A DNA stretch of 32,000 nucleotides from Pseudoalteromonas tetraodonis (GTDB taxonomy: Bacteria > Pseudomonadota > Gammaproteobacteria > Enterobacterales > Alteromonadaceae). The DNA lies in contig NZ_CP011041.1 in assembly GCF_002310835.1 (NCBI RefSeq), forward strand, positions 2,520,001 through 2,552,000, given 5' to 3'. This document shows, piece by piece, positions 8,738 to 17,953 of this stretch (position 1 is the stretch's first letter; every line of letters starts with the position of its first letter). The notes under the pieces are model-generated. The model did no database searches. It was given only the letters and a program-made list of their open reading frames with translations, and was not told where the DNA came from. A program made the translations under genes and the position numbers.

Positions 8738-8802
8738 AGTTATCTCTAATACATTTAAGAATATGTATATTTTAATTGATTATATAAACAATAACAGCTC
8801 TA

Positions 8803-11067
8803 TCATTTAGGTGTATAAAATAAATTACCTAGCTGATGCTCTATCATAAAATTACGGGTTAAACGCAACACTTGTTTAGCATTGGGCTGTGCTAAACACT
8901 CGCTCAGTAATTGTTCCATGTCACTAACATTTAAGCGCCTAAGCACCCATTTCACTTTATTTAACGACGATAAGTTCATACTTAAACGTCTATAGCCCAT
9001 GGCAATAAGTAATATTGCTCCCTCGGGATCGCCGCCAAGCTCACCACATAAACTAAAGGGCAATTCATAGTGCTCACATTCGCTGGCAATATTATTTAAT
9101 ACACGTAACACAGCTGGATGATAAGGATTGAATAAATCGGCCACACGGGCATTTGCTCTATCTACCGCTAATAAATACTGAGTTAAATCGTTACTACCCA
9201 CTGAGCAAAAATCGACTTTTCTAGACCACTCTGGCAGCATAAATACACTTGAAGGTACCTCAAGCATAATGCCAATATCTGGCTTTTCTATTAGTTGCTC
9301 AGGAAATGTTTCGCTTAACTCATAATAGGCTTGGTTATACAATGCCAGCGACTCTTCAACTTCATCAGTGCCACTGATCATAGGCAGCATTATTTTTAAA
9401 TTACCTAAGCCAATATTGGCTTTAAGCATGGCTTTGAGCTGATCTAAAAAAAGCTCGGGATGATCTAGGCTAATTCTAATACCACGCCATCCTAAAAACG
9501 GGTTTTCTTCGGTAATATTAAAATAATCTAAAACTTTGTCGCCACCAATATCTAACGTTCGCATAACTACGGGGTTAGGATAATAGCTACTGAGTACTTC
9601 TCGATACCATTTTTCTTGTTCTTGCTGCGATGGAAACTGCCCTTTTTGCATAAACCACGCTTCGGTTCTGTAAAGACCAACACCATCACAAATATGGGCA
9701 CTATTTTGTTGCGTATTAAGTTCAAGCCCAGCGTTGAGCAATAAACTAATATGCTCCCCGTCCATGGTAATTGCAGGCAGTGATTGCTCTTCTAAAAAAC
9801 GATTATTGAGTAAGTTATCTTGATGTTGTAACTCGGTATACTCATCAATAAGCATTTGCGAAGGCGAAATATATAAACGCCCAGCAAAAGCATCTAAAAT
9901 CATTTCTTTGTTATCAAACTGCAATAACGGTAAATCTTCAATACCCCAAATTGCAGGCACCCCCATTGCTCGCGTTAAAATAGAGGCATGGCTATTAGCT
10001 GAACCATTAATGCTTACCACACCTGCTAAACGCTCATTTGGCACTTCGGCCAACATCGCAGGAGTTAATGTATGAGCGATGAGGATTGTGTTTTCAGGGT
10101 AGTCTTTTATTGCATGCTCTGTGTTCACTAAGTGATGAAGCACCCGTAAGCCAATGTCTTTAACATCAACCGCACGCTCTTTAATATAAGGGTCTTGCAT
10201 TTCATTAAACTGTGCAACTAAACGTTCAATCACAATTTTTAATGCACTTTTAGCACACCATCCTTCTTGTAATTGTGCCTCTACATTATGACCTAAACTT
10301 TTAGCATCCAATAATTGCTGATACACATCAAACACCGCCAACGCCTCTTGCGGTATGGTATCGCTTAATGTCATCGATAAAGTGCTAAATTCTTTGCGCG
10401 TTGCAGCAACCGCTTGCGTGAATAAACGGCGTTGTTCATTCACATCACTATTTTTAGTAAGCTCTATGGACTTAAAATTAAGTTTAGGAATAACAACAAA
10501 GGCTTTACCAATACTAATGCCTGGCGCACTAGACACCCCTTTTAAAACCGATGTTTGATGAGACGACTCATCTTGGCGCAATACTTCTTTTATTTCGGCA
10601 TGCGCAAGCTGTGAAGCTAACTGCGCTGAGAGCGTAATTAAAAACGACTCTTCATCTTGAGAAAATACTCGAGCCATTTTCTGTTGCACAACAATAACGC
10701 CTAATACCTTTTTTTGATGAACAACAGGCACAGACAAAAAGGCGTTGTAGCCTTCTTCGTTCACTTCTGGGGAGAGTTTAAAGCGAGGATGCGATTTAGC
10801 AAACGCAATGTTAATCGCCTCTTCGCGCTGAGCAACTAGCCCAACAAGTCCTTCAGTAAAGCCAATTCTAAATTTACCCACCGCATCGGGGTTTAACCCT
10901 TCGCTGGCCATTAGTACAAAGTTATCTTGACTGTAATCGGCAAAATAAATGGAGCAGCACTGGGTATTCATGGCATCTTTTACCATTTTCACAAAGCACA
11001 CTAACGCATCGTCTAAATTCGCTTGTTGCGAAACAGACTCAGCTATCGATCTGAGTGTTGCCAGCAT
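8803..11067 (-). CDS. ptsP: Nitrogen-PTS phosphoenolpyruvate-protein phosphotransferase (EI-Ntr) with an N-terminal GAF domain
   Basis: The start is set to the ATG at 11067 (MLATLRSIAESV.., matching the E. coli PtsP N-terminus), with an AAGGAG Shine-Dalgarno sequence 6 nt upstream. The phospho-His region is GSANSHASILTRAMGVPA. The conserved rppH-ptsP operon order also fits. Confidence 0.95.
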   Translation of the reverse strand: MLATLRSIAESVSQQANLDDALVCFVKMVKDAMNTQCCSIYFADYSQDNFVLMASEGLNPDAVGKFRIGFTEGLVGLVAQREEAINIAFAKSHPRFKLSPEVNEEGYNAFLSVPVVHQKKVLGVIVVQQKMARVFSQDEESFLITLSAQLASQLAHAEIKEVLRQDESSHQTSVLKGVSSAPGISIGKAFVVIPKLNFKSIELTKNSDVNEQRRLFTQAVAATRKEFSTLSMTLSDTIPQEALAVFDVYQQLLDAKSLGHNVEAQLQEGWCAKSALKIVIERLVAQFNEMQDPYIKERAVDVKDIGLRVLHHLVNTEHAIKDYPENTILIAHTLTPAMLAEVPNERLAGVVSINGSANSHASILTRAMGVPAIWGIEDLPLLQFDNKEMILDAFAGRLYISPSQMLIDEYTELQHQDNLLNNRFLEEQSLPAITMDGEHISLLLNAGLELNTQQNSAHICDGVGLYRTEAWFMQKGQFPSQQEQEKWYREVLSSYYPNPVVMRTLDIGGDKVLDYFNITEENPFLGWRGIRISLDHPELFLDQLKAMLKANIGLGNLKIMLPMISGTDEVEESLALYNQAYYELSETFPEQLIEKPDIGIMLEVPSSVFMLPEWSRKVDFCSVGSNDLTQYLLAVDRANARVADLFNPYHPAVLRVLNNIASECEHYELPFSLCGELGGDPEGAILLIAMGYRRLSMNLSSLNKVKWVLRRLNVSDMEQLLSECLAQPNAKQVLRLTRNFMIEHQLGNLFYTPK

Positions 11068-11090
11068 ACACTGCTCCTTTTTATGTAAAA

Positions 11091-11609
11091 CTACCTTTTG
11101 CTTCGCCAATTGTCTTTTTGTTGCTCTCGCTTATTGAAGGGCATAGCAAAAGGAGCAAACTCTTTCATAACACGTCGATAAACATCCCGTTTAAACGATA
11201 CTACCTGCCTTACTGGATACCAATAACTCACCCACCGCCAATCATCAAATTCAGGATGGTGCGTTTTTAGTAAATTTACATCTTCATCTTTACAGCGTAA
11301 CTTCAGTAAAAACCATTTTTGTTTTTGCCCAATACACACCGGACTTGAGTCGCGGCGGATTAATCGTTTGGGTAATTTATAGCGTAACCAATGTTTTGAG
11401 CTTGCAACTATTTCTACATCTTCTGGTCGCAAACCTACTTCTTCGTGTAATTCACGGTACATAGTTTGTTCTGGTGTTTCACCATCATCAACACCGCCTT
11501 GGGGAAATTGCCAAGAATGTTGACCATAGCGTCTGGCCCAAAACACTTGCCCCTGATTATTGCAAATTACAATTCCGACATTGGCACGAAAACCTTCGGC
11601 ATCAATCAC
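11091..11609 (-). CDS. rppH: RNA pyrophosphohydrolase (Nudix)
   Basis: [27 protein letters not shown] is near-identical in pattern to E. coli RppH. The Nudix box is [23 protein letters not shown]. It has a GTG start with a GAGG Shine-Dalgarno sequence. Confidence 0.95.
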   Translation of the reverse strand: MIDAEGFRANVGIVICNNQGQVFWARRYGQHSWQFPQGGVDDGETPEQTMYRELHEEVGLRPEDVEIVASSKHWLRYKLPKRLIRRDSSPVCIGQKQKWFLLKLRCKDEDVNLLKTHHPEFDDWRWVSYWYPVRQVVSFKRDVYRRVMKEFAPFAMPFNKREQQKDNWRSKR

Positions 11610-11847
11610 CTTAGTGCCTCATTTGTAAGTCGATTTTTTATGATTGTTCCACATTAGCTGCAATACGGCAAATACTATTACGTACAAGCCCCGTTAACGT
11701 CCTCGGTTAAGGCAAATTAATAGCGAAATCCATTGCATGTGAATAACAAACAACACTGCCATGTATAAATACATAAAAACCACACTGTTTGTGCTGGTTA
11801 CTCACAGCTTGTGCATAACTTTTGTAAAACACGCTCATTTAGCAAAC

Positions 11848-11930
11848 AAATCCACAATACAAGATCTAAAAGGTGATGTTCTCCACAGAATCTGTGGATA
11901 AACATGTTTATACATCTGTATTTATCCTTA
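11848..11930. promoter_or_regulatory. DnaA-box cluster (DARS2-like candidate) in the rppH-mutH spacer
   Basis: There is a perfect consensus box TTATCCACA on the minus strand (11893-11901). TTCTCCACA on the plus strand (11879-11887, 1 mismatch) converges on it across a 5-bp spacer, forming the palindrome TCCACAGAATCTGTGGA. Weaker boxes are AAATCCACA (11848-11856) and TTATCCTTA (11922-11930). A GATC site lies at 11863-11866. Confidence 0.5.
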
Positions 11931-12138
11931 CAACAATTATAGACCTTAATTAAAACTGAACACTAAAAACAAAAAAAACAATGCAGTTCAGTTACTTAGT
12001 TAAATTTAGCGTTTTAAAACAGCGCATAAAATTGCACCACACACAGTGCGAACAAAATTCAACCAACCGCTAAAGATATCCACTAACAAGCTAATTTGCT
12101 ATCATGGCGTTGGTATTTATTCAACTAAAATAAACAGT

Positions 12139-12810
12139 ATGCAACCTTTAAAACCTCATTCAATCAATCAATTAATGCAACGTGTCAACGCTATTGCAGG
12201 GCTTACACTTGGACAACTAGCACAGCAGTACCACTTTAAAACGCCAGATGATTTATTGCGTGAAAAAGGCTGGACAGGTCAACTGATTGAGTATGTATTA
12301 GGCGCAACGGCTGGTTCAAAACCGCTCCCCGACTTTGAAGATTTAGGCATAGAGCTTAAAACATTGCCTATTTCATATAAAGGTAAGCCGCTAGAAACCA
12401 CCTTTGTGTCGGTCACCCCGCTAATGAATGTAACCGGTATGACGTGGCACACAAGTAGCGTACGTAAAAAGTTGAATCATGTTTTATGGCTACCTATTTT
12501 AAGTGAGCGCGATATTGCTCCGTTTGATAGAACCATAGGCAGTGGCTTTTTGTGGCAACCCTCCCCCGCGCAAGATGCGCAATTACAGCGTGACTGGGAA
12601 GAGCAAATGGAGCTTATAGCGCTTGGTCGGGTAGATGAAATATCAGGGCATTTAGGCGACGCCATGCAAATACGGCCAAAAGCAGCTAATAGCAAAGTAG
12701 TTACCGATGCCATAGGCCCCAACGGGCAAATTATACAAACCCTGCCCCGTGGCTTTTATTTGAAAACCAGTTTTACAAAAGAGATATTAAAACAGCAGTT
12801 TCAGTTGTAA
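12139..12810 (+). CDS. mutH: DNA mismatch repair endonuclease MutH
   Basis: It aligns by eye with E. coli MutH: GWTGQLIEYVLGATAGSKPLPDFEDLGIELKTLP (D-E-K catalytic motif), IRPKAANSK and LPRGFYLK. The start is set to the ATG at 12139; the track's GTG at 12046 adds a non-homologous extension. Confidence 0.93.
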   Translation: MQPLKPHSINQLMQRVNAIAGLTLGQLAQQYHFKTPDDLLREKGWTGQLIEYVLGATAGSKPLPDFEDLGIELKTLPISYKGKPLETTFVSVTPLMNVTGMTWHTSSVRKKLNHVLWLPILSERDIAPFDRTIGSGFLWQPSPAQDAQLQRDWEEQMELIALGRVDEISGHLGDAMQIRPKAANSKVVTDAIGPNGQIIQTLPRGFYLKTSFTKEILKQQFQL

Positions 12811-12823
12811 TTATTTGTCGGTA

Positions 12824-13804
12824 TTAATTTTTGCACCAAATAGATTCGCGTAACCAAAAAGGTTTTTCTCGCATCCAAAGGGTACAAATCCACTTTTCAC
12901 CTAATAATACGGGTTTTCCACTATGTACTGAGTTTTTATCTACCTGATTACCAATCATATTATTAAATTTAATTACTTGTCCTTGCTTGGCTTTAACACT
13001 TACATTCCAGTCTTTAAAGGCGGTTTCTCCACCTTCAAATCCGTCATTTAAATTTATAATACGTGTTCGCCGTCTTTGACCAAAAAAATTAAGTTCTTTT
13101 TTAGCATTTTCATTTGAAGGTGTAATAAAATCATAGTGCCATTTGTATTGCTGACCTTGAGTATAACGATAAATAATCATAGGCTCAGCATATGCTAAGT
13201 CAGCATAGTCGTCTGAACATATGATGCGCTGTAATATAGCTATTAAAATATTATCGACTGGTAATTGTGTTATAAGCTGCTCATTGTCTCTGATGTCTAT
13301 AACTTTTTGTCTTGTAGAGTTTTCAGCATACACCCCAGCTAAATTTAAATTATTATTAGCAAGCTTTATAATCTCCTGCGCTAATTCATTCGTTAGTTGC
13401 GTTTCTAATGTTGTCACAGGTAATGATTGTTCAGAGGATTGAATATTCAATGGCATAATTAAGCTACTCCACAACCCTATTAAATCGGTTTCAATACCCT
13501 GCTGTATAGTCTTAGGAAGGCCCGATATATGTTTTTCAAAGTTAATTGTTACTTGCGGATCAGCAGTTCGGATTGGCCAAAAGTGAGATAAAACCTTAAG
13601 AGCTTCAATTTTATGATACTTAGCTAAGCATAAAACAATGGCTAGCTCCTGAGAAGAAGTTGATGATGAAACCGCATGACATAACCAATAGTGAACAAAT
13701 TCAGGAGCTGTTAGCGCAAAAGACACTATTTCTTGTTTTGGAGGAAGCGTGCCATGATATTTGGCATTTATGAGGTGAGTAACATAGTTATTTTTCATAA
13801 TCAT
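12824..13804 (-). CDS. 2-oxoglutarate/Fe(II)-dependent oxygenase, prolyl-4-hydroxylase-like C-terminal domain with an N-terminal half of unknown function
   Basis: The C-terminal region is YKWHYDF (HxD) .. RRRTRIINLNDGFEGGETAF .. NSVHSGKPVLLGEKWICTLWMRE. This matches the P4Hc pattern H-x-D...R..T...YLN....GGeT.F...H.g.PV..G.KW..t.W. The N-terminal ~190 aa have no motif I recognise. The gene is visibly more AT-rich than its neighbours. Confidence 0.75.
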   Translation of the reverse strand: MIMKNNYVTHLINAKYHGTLPPKQEIVSFALTAPEFVHYWLCHAVSSSTSSQELAIVLCLAKYHKIEALKVLSHFWPIRTADPQVTINFEKHISGLPKTIQQGIETDLIGLWSSLIMPLNIQSSEQSLPVTTLETQLTNELAQEIIKLANNNLNLAGVYAENSTRQKVIDIRDNEQLITQLPVDNILIAILQRIICSDDYADLAYAEPMIIYRYTQGQQYKWHYDFITPSNENAKKELNFFGQRRRTRIINLNDGFEGGETAFKDWNVSVKAKQGQVIKFNNMIGNQVDKNSVHSGKPVLLGEKWICTLWMREKPFWLRESIWCKN

Positions 13805-13890
13805 TTTATTGTTATTTTTAATACGCTCCTAAAGTAACAATAAATTTACAAACAATAAACCACCCACCTGTTATATTTGCATTTATGATT

Positions 13891-13919
13891 AAAAATCCCC
13901 GCATAAGCGAGGATTTTTA
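13891..13919 (-). terminator. Rho-independent terminator downstream of eno
   Basis: AATCCCCGC / GCGAGGATT stem (one mismatch) with an ATAA loop. It is flanked by an A5 run and a T5 run, giving a U-run on the minus-strand transcript. It starts 22 nt after the eno stop. Confidence 0.7.
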
Positions 13920-13941
13920 TAATTTTAAACAAATTAAAGAA

Positions 13942-15276
<1,335 letters not shown>

Positions 15277-15300
15277 CTAACCTAGGCCAGCCTTAGAAAC

Positions 15301-15334
15301 AAAAAAGGCCGCGCAATATGCACAGCCTTTTTTA
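15301..15334 (-). terminator. Hairpin plus U-tract between pyrG and eno (terminator or attenuator)
   Basis: The minus-strand RNA is GGCUGUGC-auauu-GCGCGGCC followed by UUUUUU. This is an 8-bp stem that includes two G-U pairs. On the plus strand the same positions would be C-A mismatches. It starts 3 nt after the pyrG stop. Confidence 0.55.
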
Positions 15335-15336
15335 AA

Positions 15337-16986
<1,650 letters not shown>

Positions 16987-17051
16987 TCAGGAATTAAAAG
17001 GAATATAATACCCAAACAAGTGATTTTGGAATATAAACAAGACGGGGCGAA

Positions 17052-17080
17052 ATTGTACCAAAACATAGCTAAGCAATCCA
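17052..17080 (-). promoter_or_regulatory. Candidate sigma70 promoter for pyrG-eno
   Basis: Read on the minus strand: TGGATT (-35, weak), a 17-nt spacer ending in TGG (extended -10), then TACAAT (-10, plus coordinates 17052-17057). It is about 80 nt upstream of the pyrG ATG. This is a pattern match only. Confidence 0.3.
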
Positions 17081-17128
17081 GCTAAAATTGGTAAATCTGT
17101 GCACAAAAAACAAACATTTTTTATGTCC

Positions 17129-17953
17129 CTATTTATTTAGTTTTTTTATCGCATCCCATGCTGCATCCATTTCCTCTAAAGACGCAGAATCAATACATTT
17201 ACCCTGTGCAATTAAGTAGTTTTGTACCTTTTCAAACCGTGCAGAAAACTTATCGTTGGCACTGCGAAGCAGTTGTTCGGGGTCGCGTTTAACATGGCGC
17301 GCTACATTAACAGTAGCAAACAGCAAATCACCTAGCTCTTCTGCTGTATGATCTGAGTATGGGTCATGAGCTAAGGCTTCTTTCACTTCTTCAACCTCTT
17401 CACTCACTTTATCAATAGCACCGTGATAAGTCGGCCAATCAAACCCTAACGCAGCGACCCGTTGCTGAATTTTTTTAGCTTTTGTTAAGCTAGGTAAACT
17501 GTTTGGTATATCTTGCCAAAGTACTGAGCTTTGGCCTTGGAGTTTAGCCGCACGCTCTTGTGCTTTTATTGCTTGCCACTGCGCAGCTAATTCGGCATCG
17601 GTTTTAGGTGTGTCTTGCGCTGAAAATACATGCGGATGACGACGCACCAACTTTTCATTTAACTGTGCCACTACATCGTTAAAATTAAATAATTGCTGCT
17701 CTTGTGCTAGTTGCGCATAAAACACGATTTGAAAAAGTAAGTCGCCTAACTCATTTTTTAAATCGCTTAAATTATTCGTTTCAATACAATCAGCCACTTC
17801 ATAGGCTTCTTCAAGAGTATGCGGCACGATTGACGCAAACGTTTGCTTGAGATCCCAAGGGCATCCGCCCTCAGGGTTTCTCAGTGTTTGCATTATTTCC
17901 AGCAGTTGGCTTATAGCCTCATTATTAGCCTGATTACTGCCCTCGTTTTGCAC
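17129..17953 (-). CDS. mazG: Nucleoside triphosphate pyrophosphohydrolase MazG
   Basis: LLEIMQTLRNPEGGCPWDLKQTF, tandem MazG EE..E..D motifs (EEAYEVADCIE, ELGDLLF twice), and the conserved relA-mazG order. The start overlaps the relA 3' end by 20 nt. Confidence 0.93.
   Translation of the reverse strand: MQNEGSNQANNEAISQLLEIMQTLRNPEGGCPWDLKQTFASIVPHTLEEAYEVADCIETNNLSDLKNELGDLLFQIVFYAQLAQEQQLFNFNDVVAQLNEKLVRRHPHVFSAQDTPKTDAELAAQWQAIKAQERAAKLQGQSSVLWQDIPNSLPSLTKAKKIQQRVAALGFDWPTYHGAIDKVSEEVEEVKEALAHDPYSDHTAEELGDLLFATVNVARHVKRDPEQLLRSANDKFSARFEKVQNYLIAQGKCIDSASLEEMDAAWDAIKKLNK

Noticed and set aside
11761-11901. The 46-codon ORF in the rppH-mutH spacer as a real small membrane protein or toxin
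   Set aside because: There is no Shine-Dalgarno sequence, the region is AT-rich so chance ORFs are frequent, and there is no partner gene or antisense RNA signature. It is kept only as a low-priority note within the spacer finding.
11848-11930. The DnaA-box cluster as a chromosomal replication origin (oriC)
   Set aside because: There are only two strong boxes, with no array of 13-mer DUE repeats or dense GATC cluster. The flanking genes (rppH, mutH) are not origin-linked ones (dnaA, gidA, mioC). The position fits a DARS-type or regulatory site much better.
12046-12138. N-terminal extensions suggested by the longest-ORF track: mutH from GTG 12046, barA from 21473, ptsP from 11109, galU from 6283, the chaperone from 2379 and the SPOR protein from TTG 5185
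   Set aside because: In each case an internal ATG reproduces the known family N-terminus or a proper signal peptide or lipobox. That ATG also has a better Shine-Dalgarno sequence and removes the overlap with the upstream gene.
17090-17128. Possible terminator just after mazG (ACAT-aaaaa-ATGT followed by a T-rich run)
   Set aside because: The stem is only 4-5 bp and all weak pairs, which is not convincing. mazG may read through into pyrG, or termination may be factor-dependent.
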